Of a stretch of 64,000 bases of DNA, positions 19,401 through 28,561 are shown piece by piece. Under the pieces are notes generated by a model, which was not told the DNA's origin, did not search any database, and saw only the letters and a program-made list of their open reading frames with translations. Every line of letters starts with the position of its first letter. Positions within the stretch are counted from its first letter, which is position 1. A program made the translations under genes and the position numbers. Origin of the DNA: Candidatus Levybacteria bacterium CG2_30_37_29 (GTDB lineage: Bacteria; Patescibacteriota; Microgenomatia; Levybacterales; GWA1-39-11); the NCBI GenBank assembly GCA_001873215.1, contig MNYS01000006.1, positions 56,839 to 120,838 on the forward strand. Direction: 5' to 3'.

Positions 19401-20264
19401 TTAAGAAACTACAAGGCGAATTGCGGGGCTCATGGTGGATTTGAGAGTAACAGAGTTAATTTTTTCTGACCCTATTGTTTTAAGAGTTGTTTTTATATTC
19501 TCTTCCAGTTGCTTGTCTTCAAAAGATATTTTACCAACAGAAAGATGAATAATTGGCGCTTCTGACTCTGTTTTATAAGACACTTGTCCATGTGAGAGTT
19601 TTTCAATTAAAGCATCCGGCTTGTCTGTGATGGTTCCATTTTTTGGATTCGGCATAAGACCGCGCGGTCCCAAAATTTTTGCTACCTTTGCAAGAAGAGG
19701 CATTGTTGCTGGAGCGGCTATCAAAATATCAAAATCTATTTTTCCTTTTTCAACTTCGGCAATTAATGCTTCGTCTGCAACCTTGATTCTTAATTTCTTG
19801 CCGGTGCCGTGAGGTAAAGGAATTTGGCCTGAAATTCCTTTTTCTTTCACATTCAAATGAAGTTCTACTGTTTCGTCAAATTTTCCCTTTTTAAATTTTC
19901 GCAAGATAGATATGCCTTCAGAAAGTGGATAAATTGTGTCTTTTGCAACCAAATTTTTATTTTCTTTATATCGCTTTGAGAAAACTTTTACTTTTTTAAA
20001 TTTCTCTTTTTTCGTTTTTCCGCCAGAGTCGGACTGCGCTTCGCTTGTTGTTCCTTCTTGTGATGTTTGGTCAAGGGTTTGGGCAAGAATTTCTTCCTCT
20101 GTTGGTCCGACTGTTGTTATTCTTTGGCCCCCACCCATGTTTTTTAAGTGAGCAACACCTTGACCTTCGCGAAGAGTTTTCTGCTCACGTTTTTCCTTGA
20201 GCTTTTTTTGCTCTTCTTGTTCAAGACTTTCGTCGCCAATTGTTTTGACTCGTATTTTACCCAT
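19401..20264 (-). CDS. rplA: 50S ribosomal protein L1 with ~95-aa Lys/Glu-rich N-terminal extension
   Basis: Core KRYKENK...KFDETVELHLNV...PLPHGTGKK matches L1. The only in-frame Met lies far upstream of the core. Confidence 0.85.
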   Translation of the reverse strand: MGKIRVKTIGDESLEQEEQKKLKEKREQKTLREGQGVAHLKNMGGGQRITTVGPTEEEILAQTLDQTSQEGTTSEAQSDSGGKTKKEKFKKVKVFSKRYKENKNLVAKDTIYPLSEGISILRKFKKGKFDETVELHLNVKEKGISGQIPLPHGTGKKLRIKVADEALIAEVEKGKIDFDILIAAPATMPLLAKVAKILGPRGLMPNPKNGTITDKPDALIEKLSHGQVSYKTESEAPIIHLSVGKISFEDKQLEENIKTTLKTIGSEKINSVTLKSTMSPAIRLVVS

Positions 20265-20348
20265 AGTTTTTTTTAGCGTTTAGTTACTTAGCGTTTAGGG
20301 ATTAGTTTCTATAACTATACGCTATGCCCTAAAAACTAACAGCTAATA

Positions 20349-20771
20349 TTATTCCGTCTGTATTCCCATTGAACGGGCGGCGCCTTTTACTATTTTTGCC
20401 GCTTGTTTTACGTCTTTTGTATTCAAATCATCCATTTTTATTGTTGCTATTTCTTCTGCCTGTGCGTTCGATAATTTAGAAACAATTTCTCTCCCGGGTT
20501 TTTGCGAAGCCTTTTCAAGCTTAAGAGCCTTTTTTATAAGCTCTGCAACCGGTGGTTTTTTGACTATGAAAGAGAATGTTCTATCTTCAAAGACTGTTAT
20601 AACTACAGGCAATACTGTTCCTTTTTGATCTCCTGTTTTATCATTAAAAGCCTTTACAAATTCCATAATAGGAAGTCCATGTTGTCCCAGTGCCGGGCCA
20701 ACAGGAGGAGCCGGATTTGCCTCTCCGCCTTTTATGTTTAATTTTATTAATGTCTTAATTTTTTTTGCCAT
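20349..20771 (-). CDS. rplK: 50S ribosomal protein L11
   Basis: [32 protein letters not shown].. is a canonical L11 N-terminus. Confidence 0.9.
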   Translation of the reverse strand: MAKKIKTLIKLNIKGGEANPAPPVGPALGQHGLPIMEFVKAFNDKTGDQKGTVLPVVITVFEDRTFSFIVKKPPVAELIKKALKLEKASQKPGREIVSKLSNAQAEEIATIKMDDLNTKDVKQAAKIVKGAARSMGIQTE

Positions 20772-20858
20772 TTTAGTTTAGGGTATAGTTTTTAGGGTAT
20801 AGGGTTTAGTTTGGAATTATAATTAACTAAACGCTAAACACTAGCAACTAAACGCTTT

Positions 20859-21404
20859 CTAGATTTTCGCAACTTGCAAGAAATCTAATTCTACCGGTGT
20901 TTCACGGCCAAAAATACTTACAAGGACTTTTACTTTTCCCTTGCTTTCGTCAATTGATTCAACGGTTCCAAGAAAATCAGAGAAAGGTCCATCTGTAATT
21001 TTAACTGCTTCTCCCGATGAGAAAGCCGATTTGTAAATAGGCTCTTTCATTTCAACAAACTTTACAATTGCTTCCACTTCGTCATCTCTTACCGGTGTTG
21101 GTTTATTTTGTGTTCCGACAAAACTTGTTACCCCCGGAGTTGTGCGGACAAGAAGCCATGCCTCGTCATCAAGCGCCATTTTTACAAAAATATATCCCGC
21201 AAAAATCTTTTCCTTTACTGTTTCTTTTTTCCCGCCACGAACTTTTACTATTTCTTTTGTCGGGACCAAGACTTCAAAAATGCGTTCCTTAAATCCCATT
21301 GATTCCACGCGCTGCATGAGGGTCTTTGCGACTTTATTCTCGTGCCCCGAGTAGGTGTGGACAATATACCACCGTGGTCTGTTTTCTTGTAATAATGTAT
21401 CCAT
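20859..21404 (-). CDS. nusG: transcription termination/antitermination factor NusG
   Basis: NGN domain (WYIVHTYSGHENKV) and C-terminal KOW domain. Confidence 0.85.
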   Translation of the reverse strand: MDTLLQENRPRWYIVHTYSGHENKVAKTLMQRVESMGFKERIFEVLVPTKEIVKVRGGKKETVKEKIFAGYIFVKMALDDEAWLLVRTTPGVTSFVGTQNKPTPVRDDEVEAIVKFVEMKEPIYKSAFSSGEAVKITDGPFSDFLGTVESIDESKGKVKVLVSIFGRETPVELDFLQVAKI

Positions 21405-21467
21405 ATCAGTTAATTTTCAATTTTAAGTTTTAAGTTTGCGATGACTTTATAACTAGCGAACAATAAG

Positions 21468-21626
21468 CTCAAGCATTTTCGTAAAAATAAAATCCGCGCC
21501 GCCAAGGTAAAGTCCTACAATTAAAGTTATTCCTATTACGATAAAGGTAAGACGTGCAACTTCCGTGCGGCTTGGCCACGTAACTTTACCTAATTCGCTT
21601 TTTACTTCAATCAAAAACGTAAACAT
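21468..21626 (-). CDS. secE: preprotein translocase subunit SecE (52 aa; not in the ORF track)
   Basis: Manual translation MFTFLIEVKSELGKVTWPSRTEVARLTFIVIGITLIVGLYLGGADFIFTENA. Conserved K-x-E-L-x-K-V-x-W-P motif plus a single TM. Located immediately upstream of nusG. Confidence 0.7.
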
Positions 21627-21780
21627 AGTTTCGGACTTAGAAAGATTATTCTACCACAGAAGTCAGGGTCGTATCAAGGGTAACTTTGTTTTGTCTTACT
21701 TGACAAGGGTTTTGGAGCGTTTTACAATTACAGATACAATCGCGAAAGATACTTAAATAATTATCAATTATAAATTATAA

Positions 21781-21862
21781 ATTTTAAGTGAAATCTAAAT
21801 TTTAAAATTAAAGAATTAAAAATTCATTTAAAATTGAGAATTGAAAATTAAAAATTAATTTT
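21781..21862. repeat. AT-rich AATTGAAAATT-type repeat cluster (intergenic, upstream of galU)
   Basis: aaattgagaattgaaaattaaaaatt and related units. Same family as 25524-25557, 26742-26777 (inverted), 29848-29912 and 40201-40234. Confidence 0.55.
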
Positions 21863-22756
21863 ATGACTAAAATTAGAAAGGCTGTAATACCTGCGGCGGG
21901 CTTTGGAACCCGTTTTCTTCCTCAAACAAAAGCAATGCCCAAAGAAATGCTTCCGATAGTTGATAAACCAATTGTACAGTATATTGTTGAAGAGCTTGTT
22001 AATGCGGGAATTGAAGACATAATTATCGTTACGGGTTCTCACAAAAGGACAATTGAAGACCATTTTGACAGTCCATCTATGGAATTGGTAGAAAACCTTC
22101 GTATGGGTGGAGAAAAGAAGATGAAATTTTTGGAAGAAGCAGAAAGAATTGCTTCTATGGCCAATTTTATTTACGTCAGGCAAAAAGGCCCATATGGTAA
22201 TGGAACGCCATTATTAAACGTAAAGTCACTTATTGGCAATGAACCCTTTATTTATACTTGGAGCGATGACTTTATAAAAGCTCGTCCTAAATCACGTTTT
22301 CAACAGATGATTGAAGTTTATGAGAAGTATGGATGTTCGGTTTTGGCTTCTGTTAAGGCAAAAAGTGATGAGGATTATGATCGGTATGGTTTTGCAGGAG
22401 GGGAAGAAATTGAAGACGGACTTATTGATGCAAAAACCATTATTGAAAAGCCGGGGAAGCAAAATGCCCCTTCAGACCTTGCAACGGTCAGTGGATTTAT
22501 CTTTACTCCTGACATCTTTCAATATCTTGATGGTGCGCTCAATAATCTTCGTGAAGGGGACGAACTTTATTATAACGATGCATTGAAATTAATGCTGAAC
22601 GATAAAAAAAGAGTTTTGGCGTATGAAATAAAGGGTGGGAAATACTACGATACGGGTAATAAGTTGGAGTATATGAAAACTGTTGTTGAGTTGGCGTTGG
22701 AGCATCCGGACGTAAAAGAAGAATTCAAAAAATTTCTAAAAGACCTGAATCTATAG
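21863..22756 (+). CDS. galU: UTP--glucose-1-phosphate uridylyltransferase
   Basis: N-terminal AVIPAAGFGTRFLP.TKA.PKEMLPIVDKP is the GalU signature. Confidence 0.85.
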   Translation: MTKIRKAVIPAAGFGTRFLPQTKAMPKEMLPIVDKPIVQYIVEELVNAGIEDIIIVTGSHKRTIEDHFDSPSMELVENLRMGGEKKMKFLEEAERIASMANFIYVRQKGPYGNGTPLLNVKSLIGNEPFIYTWSDDFIKARPKSRFQQMIEVYEKYGCSVLASVKAKSDEDYDRYGFAGGEEIEDGLIDAKTIIEKPGKQNAPSDLATVSGFIFTPDIFQYLDGALNNLREGDELYYNDALKLMLNDKKRVLAYEIKGGKYYDTGNKLEYMKTVVELALEHPDVKEEFKKFLKDLNL

Positions 22757-23584
22757 TTCTTTCCCAAGATACTCTTTTGGCGCTATTTTAGCTTGTTCAG
22801 AAAATACAGCTTCTTCAATATTTTGCAAATTTCTTTGCCTCCATTTATCTCTTGTTTCATTTTCTTTTATATCAATTTTTGCTCTGTTTAATAATTCATT
22901 AAGCGTTATCGTTTCACCGTGAATTACTTTATATTTCTTAAACAACTTAAGACCTCTTACTTTTTTGTCGCCATAATTTTCAAGACCATTTATTTCAAAC
23001 GCGACAAAATGAATCCACGAATCCTCAATCGATACTCCGCGGTCATAAAGTCCTTTGATAAGACGCGTTACAACGCCATCTTTATCAAGTGTTAATTTTG
23101 GTTTTCTTGTTGCGTTTGATGCGACAACAACAATTCCACCGTCTCTAACGGTTGGCGCCGCCTCATCTAAATATTGAAGAGTTCCCTCACCGCGTTTCAA
23201 ATCATTTTCTCCTTTTTTGTCTGCGCGATATTTTGATTCAGGAGTGACGACCTTAATTGCTTTTACGCCAATAGATTTTGCAAACGGCAAAAGACCAAAA
23301 AATGCCTGATGTTTTGCAATTGGCGCTGTAATTTTTACACTTTTTGCTTGATTTTTTGTGATGCTGTCAATTGCCCAAAGAGGATCCGAAGTACTAAAAT
23401 GCATCTCAACAACTATTCCGCCTTTTCCCTGCCCTACATATTCGCAAAGTTTTTCAAGGCCACCAAAATCATCTACAGATCCTTCCGTTCTAAGAAGAGG
23501 ATGCCGCAATATTCCCCGCGCCGCTTCTCTCCAAACAACCTGCAAGGGATTTATTCCGGCAGATCTTTCTTGGGATTCTTTCAT
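22751..23584 (-). CDS. putative acyltransferase-like protein (HX4D motif)
   Basis: EMHFSTSD contains an H-x4-D motif typical of glycerolipid acyltransferases. Otherwise unassigned. Confidence 0.4.
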   Translation of the reverse strand: MKESQERSAGINPLQVVWREAARGILRHPLLRTEGSVDDFGGLEKLCEYVGQGKGGIVVEMHFSTSDPLWAIDSITKNQAKSVKITAPIAKHQAFFGLLPFAKSIGVKAIKVVTPESKYRADKKGENDLKRGEGTLQYLDEAAPTVRDGGIVVVASNATRKPKLTLDKDGVVTRLIKGLYDRGVSIEDSWIHFVAFEINGLENYGDKKVRGLKLFKKYKVIHGETITLNELLNRAKIDIKENETRDKWRQRNLQNIEEAVFSEQAKIAPKEYLGKEL

Positions 23585-23613
23585 AGAGTGGGATTATAGC
23601 ACAAAAGTCAATT

Positions 23614-23643
23614 ACCCTTGCCAAAAGAGAGGGGGTGCGGCCC
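23614..23643 (+). repeat. CCCTTGCCAAAAGAGG motif, copy 1
   Basis: ACCCTTGCCAAAAGAGAGGGGGTGCGGCCC. Related copies at 24324 and 25267. Confidence 0.6.
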
Positions 23644-23668
23644 TTAAAAGGAATTTAAAGTTGAATAG

Positions 23669-23697
23669 TTGACAATTTGCGAAACTATAGTAGAATA
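23669..23697 (+). promoter_or_regulatory. sigma-70-like promoter (TTGACA, ~16 nt, TAGAAT) upstream of the antitoxin gene
   Basis: Hexamers read directly in sequence ~45 nt upstream of the 23739 ATG. Confidence 0.4.
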
Positions 23698-23738
23698 TAT
23701 AGTAGATATATAATTAGACATATACTAAGGAGAAATAT

Positions 23739-24014
23739 ATGCAAACAACACAAGATAGAGTACAAAAATTAGTAACATTTTCCCCAAAGCTATATAACAG
23801 TGCTGTAGCCAGAGCCAACAGCCTGGGTATTCCCTTTGCTGAGTATGTCAGACACACGCTCATTAAAGATGTTGAGGAAAGCACAAGAAACCTACCAATG
23901 GTTGACTCCGGAACAGAGAAAAGAATTGGTCAAAGCCTTAAGGATCTGGAAGAAGGCAGATATACTGTTATTCGTGGCAAAAAAGAACTAGATTCTCATC
24001 TGGATAGCCTCTAA
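23739..24014 (+). CDS. type II antitoxin (RelB/ParD-like)
   Basis: 91-aa ORF ending 8 nt upstream of a RelE/ParE-like toxin gene. Confidence 0.55.
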   Translation: MQTTQDRVQKLVTFSPKLYNSAVARANSLGIPFAEYVRHTLIKDVEESTRNLPMVDSGTEKRIGQSLKDLEEGRYTVIRGKKELDSHLDSL

Positions 24015-24022
24015 AGCTTAGT

Positions 24023-24313
24023 ATGTTTACTCTTGTTTTTACCAAGAATTTTGATGAAACCTACGCTTCAGTTATTAAAGAAAACAAAGAAGTAGAAAAG
24101 AAAGCCAGAAAAGCATTACATTTTTTGGAACAAGATCCATTTTATCCCTCGCTTAAGACACACAAAGCTAATACCAAAAATTATGGAGAAAAATGGAGCA
24201 GTTGGGTAACCGGAGATATTCGTATTATTTGGGATTATGATACTGAAAAGAGATTAATTATTATCCTTTTAGATATAGGCAAACACAGCGGAACTCACAA
24301 AGTATATAAATAA
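24023..24313 (+). CDS. type II toxin, RelE/ParE superfamily
   Basis: 96 aa. Pattern ...LKTHK...WSSWVTGDIRIIWDYDTEKRLIIILLDIGKHSG..Y is typical of RelE/ParE/YoeB-fold toxins. Confidence 0.6.
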   Translation: MFTLVFTKNFDETYASVIKENKEVEKKARKALHFLEQDPFYPSLKTHKANTKNYGEKWSSWVTGDIRIIWDYDTEKRLIIILLDIGKHSGTHKVYK

Positions 24314-24323
24314 CATTCACTTT

Positions 24324-24351
24324 ACCCTTGCCAAAAAAGGGGCGTAAGTCC
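24324..24351 (+). repeat. CCCTTGCCAAAAGAGG motif, copy 2
   Basis: ACCCTTGCCAAAAAAGGGGCGTAAGTCC, 10 nt after the toxin stop codon. Confidence 0.6.
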
Positions 24352-24730
24352 TTCAATAACTCTTTTTTGAAAATAATTTCAAATCTAAACTCGAGGAATA
24401 GAAAACATTTGAACCAGGTTGTATTAGGTGCGGTAAATAAAAATCTACCGAGTCTACCAATAGGCGTTAAAGTTCTTTATTCTATCCGCCAGTTTTCTTC
24501 TTTACCCACGTAATGTTTTAGAACTATCTTAACAACTCGACCTATACTTCCCTTTGAAAAGAGACTGTGTGTGAATTCTCAAGACTTTCAATATACCCAA
24601 ATTAAAACAACCAGCCTGCAAACTACCGAGCATAGCTAACGATTATACTAGAGGCAAGGCGGAATTGTAAAGGAATCTTTGTCAGTTCTCGGCCTGAAAG
24701 CCTCGAAGGGTGAAGTGTGAGACTAATTCA

Positions 24731-25303
24731 TTATCTAAAAAGTCTAAAAAGATAATAAGGACCAGTATAAATTATAGTAGCTAGTCCATAGTATATATAA
24801 TATATTATTTTTGAAAGACCGAGAATGCCGATTATCGAAATGCTTAACAGCCATAATAAAACGATATATTTAAGTCTGAATTTTGAGAACACAACCATTG
24901 GAAATAGTATCGGTAGAGAATTTATGATTCCTATTGAAATAAAAAAAGCTAGCGTAGCGTAGAGTCCTAAACCAAATCCTGGGGTGCCGAGTCCAGTACC
25001 GCTCCCGGTTGCAGTGGCCGAAAAAAAGACAAGAATAACCCCAATTATTAATGATAAAATACATAGAACAATCGATGAGATAATTATTACTTTTCTAATC
25101 TTTCCATAACGATAGCTCAAGTAATTAAGACACAGAAGAATGAAAAAAAGTAAAAGAATAATTGGCGCAATTGTCCAAATATAATTCATATAAAACACTG
25201 ATCTATCCGTAAACATATTTACTCTCGCTAAATCCATTAAAACAAAGCTTGAGTTATATTGCAAATTCCCTTGCCAAAAGAGGAGCGCGCCGCACAAAAT
25301 CAT
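24731..25303 (-). CDS. hypothetical integral membrane protein (true start probably at an internal Met, ~25237)
   Basis: Five or six hydrophobic helices. The annotated 5' end overlaps repeat copy 3. Confidence 0.45.
   Translation of the reverse strand: MILCGALLFWQGNLQYNSSFVLMDLARVNMFTDRSVFYMNYIWTIAPIILLLFFILLCLNYLSYRYGKIRKVIIISSIVLCILSLIIGVILVFFSATATGSGTGLGTPGFGLGLYATLAFFISIGIINSLPILFPMVVFSKFRLKYIVLLWLLSISIIGILGLSKIIYYIYYGLATIIYTGPYYLFRLFR
25267..25293 (+). repeat. CCCTTGCCAAAAGAGG motif, copy 3
   Basis: TCCCTTGCCAAAAGAGGAGCGCGCCGC. Confidence 0.6.
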
Positions 25304-25340
25304 TGTTTCAAAACGTTTTTTAGGGTAAGATAAAGAGGCT

Positions 25341-27047
25341 ATGATGGATATAAAAGAACATATTGCAGGAAAACTTAAGGCGATTTTGACTGAATTAAAG
25401 TTTGAAGGTGTGCCGGAAATAAAAATATCGGATAATCCCGAGCATGGCGATTACTATACAAATTTAGCCATGCGTCTTGCAAAACAATCCGGAAAAAATC
25501 CACTGGAAATTGCCGAAGAGCTTAAATTGAAAATTGAAAATTTAAAATTGAAAATTCTCGACAGAGTCGAAGCTGTCAAACCGGGATTTATTAATTTTTG
25601 GGTTTCTGAAAAGTATCTGCTGGAAAATTTAAGTTCGATTGTTGACAAAAAAGAAGAATTCGGAAAAGGGAGTTTGTTCACAAGCAAAAAAGTAATGGTT
25701 GAATTTACGGATCCAAATCCTCTTAAGGAATTTCACATAGGTCATCTCTACAGTAATGCGGTGGGAGAGAGTCTTGCGCGTTTATTCGAGTCTCAAAGTG
25801 CGGAAGTTTGGAGAGTGTGTTATCAGGGGGATGTAGGACTTCATGTTGCAAAAGCGCTTTACGGAATATTAAATCACAGTGAAGGTATTAAGAGCTTTGA
25901 AGACAAACCGCTTTCGGTTCGCGCAAAATTTTTAGGCGAAACATATGCGGAAGGCGCAAAAGCTTATGAAAATGACGAAGATGCCAAAAAAGAAATTGAG
26001 AGTTTGAATAAAAAGGTATACGAGAAAGATGCATCTATTTTTCCTTTGTATGAAATAGCAAAAGGGTGGAGTCTTGAATATTTTGAGACGATTTATCAAA
26101 AACTTGGGACAAAGTTTAAACGCTATTATTTTGAATCAGAAGCAGGTGTTGTAGGTTTGAAAATTGTGAAACAACACATCGGCGATATTTTCGCAGAAGA
26201 TAAAGGCTCTGTCATTTTTCCAAAAGAAAAGTCAGGCCTTCACACGCGGGTTTTTGTAAATTCGTTGGGGCTTCCGACATACGAAGCAAAAGAGCTTGGT
26301 CTTGCGCCCACAAAATACAAAGATTTCCCCTACGACTTATCAGTAATTGTGACGGGAAATGAAATTAATGAATATTTTAAAGTTTTGCTGAAGGCTTTGT
26401 CATTGATCGAGCCTAGTTTGGCCGCTAAAACAAAACACATTTCTCATGGGATGGTTAGATTGCCCAGCGGAAAAATGTCCAGTAGAACAGGAGATATAAT
26501 TGCCGGAGACGCACTTATTGATGAAGTAGAGAATAGAATTCAGAAATCATATCCTGATGTTACAAAAGAGGTCATATCAAAAATTGCCGTTTGTGCCGTA
26601 AAATACGCACTTCTTAAGTCAAATATCGGAGGAGACATAACTTTCTCTTTTGAAGAATCTATTAATTTAAACGGAAATTCAGGACCGTATCTTCAATATA
26701 CGTATGTAAGGACGCAAAGTGTTCTGGGCAAGGCAAAAAATAATAATTTTCAATTTTCAATTTTAAATTTTCAATTAAATGAGGAAGAGTTAAATGTTCT
26801 AAGATTGTTATCAATATATCAACAAATTGCTTTAGAGGCAGCAGAAAAGTACTCACCTAATCTGGTTGCAAATTACCTTTTTGAACTATCTCAAAAGTTT
26901 AATCTTTTCTATCAGAAGCATTCTATACTTACGCCGGAAGAAGGTAAAGAGATTCGAGATTTTCGTTTAAGTTTAACTTCTGCCGTAGGCCAAGTCCTCA
27001 AAAACGGCCTTCAACTTCTCGGGATCGAAACGGTTGAGAAGATGTAA
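25341..27047 (+). CDS. argS: arginine--tRNA ligase
   Basis: Class I HIGH motif (HIGHLYSN), MSSR (KMSKS-type) motif, DALR anticodon-binding C-terminus. Contains two in-frame AT-rich repeat insertions (25524-25557 and 26742-26777). Confidence 0.9.
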   Translation: MMDIKEHIAGKLKAILTELKFEGVPEIKISDNPEHGDYYTNLAMRLAKQSGKNPLEIAEELKLKIENLKLKILDRVEAVKPGFINFWVSEKYLLENLSSIVDKKEEFGKGSLFTSKKVMVEFTDPNPLKEFHIGHLYSNAVGESLARLFESQSAEVWRVCYQGDVGLHVAKALYGILNHSEGIKSFEDKPLSVRAKFLGETYAEGAKAYENDEDAKKEIESLNKKVYEKDASIFPLYEIAKGWSLEYFETIYQKLGTKFKRYYFESEAGVVGLKIVKQHIGDIFAEDKGSVIFPKEKSGLHTRVFVNSLGLPTYEAKELGLAPTKYKDFPYDLSVIVTGNEINEYFKVLLKALSLIEPSLAAKTKHISHGMVRLPSGKMSSRTGDIIAGDALIDEVENRIQKSYPDVTKEVISKIAVCAVKYALLKSNIGGDITFSFEESINLNGNSGPYLQYTYVRTQSVLGKAKNNNFQFSILNFQLNEEELNVLRLLSIYQQIALEAAEKYSPNLVANYLFELSQKFNLFYQKHSILTPEEGKEIRDFRLSLTSAVGQVLKNGLQLLGIETVEKM

Positions 27048-27250
27048 AATTAGTGGCTGTTATTTCCAGAACTTGAAAGGTAAGACGTAGCATGAGATAA
27101 TATAAAAATACTGGACGGTAGAGAATAGAATGTAGAAGATTGTGTTTGAGGGTTGAAAATATGAGATAGGGAATTTAAAATTTCTATTTTCCAGTTTCCA
27201 TCTTCAAAAAACCATTTTCTATTGTCAATTATCTATCGTCAATTTATTTT

Positions 27251-28519
27251 ATGATTTACCACAATTTTACACTTAAAAACGGTTTGAGGATTGTTGTTGT
27301 ACCTATCAACGAAGTTGAAAGCGTCACAACCATGATACTTGTCGGTGCAGGAAGTCGTTATGAAGACAAGACAAATAGCGGAATTTCCCACTTTTTGGAG
27401 CACATGGCTTTTAAGGGAACAAAAAACCGCCCGACCGCACTTGAAATTTCTACTCTTATTGACGGTGCCGGTGCTGAAAGCAACGCCTTTACAGGTAAAG
27501 AAATTACAGGTTATTTTATAAAGTCTGCTGCAAGCCAGGTAAATCTTTCGCTTGATATTCTCTCAGACATGCTGACAAATTTACTTTTGGATCCCAAAGA
27601 AATTGCCAAAGAACGCGGAGTAATTTTGGAAGAGATAAATCTTTATGAGGATACACCACCCCGGAAAATCGGAGATGTTTACGAACAGTTATTATATGGA
27701 GATACGCCGATGGGATGGGATGTTGCAGGAAATAAAGACATCATAAATAAAATTATACGAGAGGACTTCGCAAAATATATGAAAAAATTCTATTCGGCAA
27801 CAAATATGGCTGTTATCGTTGCGGGAAAAGTGAAAGTAGAGGATATATTAAAAAAAGCCGATAAGTATTTTTCAGGACTACCGACTTTTGTGACGCCGCC
27901 TCCGCCAGGAATTGTTGAAGTTCAAAAAGCTCCTGCTGTTTCAATAAAATTCAAAAAAACAGAGCAGGCGCATTTTGCTCTTGGTGTAAGAACTATCGGT
28001 CTTGTAAATGAAAAAGATCATTATCCGCTTTCTGTTCTTGCCGCGATTTTGGGAGGTGGAATGTCTTCTCGTCTTTTCCATGAGGTCAGGGAAAAAAGAG
28101 GACTTGCTTATTATGTCAGAACTTCTTCTGATAATTATGTGGATTGCGGAACACTTGCGACTTATGTCGGAGCAGATCCGGCCCGAATTGATGAAGCGAT
28201 AAAAGTGGTTGTTGAGGAATACAAAAAAATCCAAAAAAAAGGCGAGATAACGCAAAAAGAGCTTGATAAATCAAGAGAATACGTGAAGGGTCATTTTGTT
28301 TTGGAACTTGAGGATACGCGCTCTGTTGCGATTTTTTATGGTTCTTCTTTGCTTCTTGAAAAAAAACTTGAGAATCCGGATGTGATAATCAAAAAAACAG
28401 ACGCGGTTACATTAGATGATATTCAAAGAGTTATAAAAAAATACCTCACAGGCCCTCTAAATCTTGCCATCATCGGCGATTTTGAAAACTCCGAAAGATT
28501 CGAAAAACTGCTGAAATAG
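27251..28519 (+). CDS. M16-family zinc peptidase (pitrilysin-like)
   Basis: Inverted zinc-binding motif HFLEHMAFKGT (HxxEH). Confidence 0.8.
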   Translation: MIYHNFTLKNGLRIVVVPINEVESVTTMILVGAGSRYEDKTNSGISHFLEHMAFKGTKNRPTALEISTLIDGAGAESNAFTGKEITGYFIKSAASQVNLSLDILSDMLTNLLLDPKEIAKERGVILEEINLYEDTPPRKIGDVYEQLLYGDTPMGWDVAGNKDIINKIIREDFAKYMKKFYSATNMAVIVAGKVKVEDILKKADKYFSGLPTFVTPPPPGIVEVQKAPAVSIKFKKTEQAHFALGVRTIGLVNEKDHYPLSVLAAILGGGMSSRLFHEVREKRGLAYYVRTSSDNYVDCGTLATYVGADPARIDEAIKVVVEEYKKIQKKGEITQKELDKSREYVKGHFVLELEDTRSVAIFYGSSLLLEKKLENPDVIIKKTDAVTLDDIQRVIKKYLTGPLNLAIIGDFENSERFEKLLK

Positions 28520-28561
28520 ATTTTTTCTAACAGATTAAACTTCTAAAAAGTTTATTTTTAG

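Noticed and set aside
24514-24730. ORF-free 217-bp stretch after the toxin gene considered as SRP/4.5S RNA
   Set aside because: It contains a GAAA-capped hairpin (GGCCTGAAAGCC) but lacks the conserved SRP domain IV GGAAGCAGCC-type motif. Left as a possible but unassigned ncRNA.
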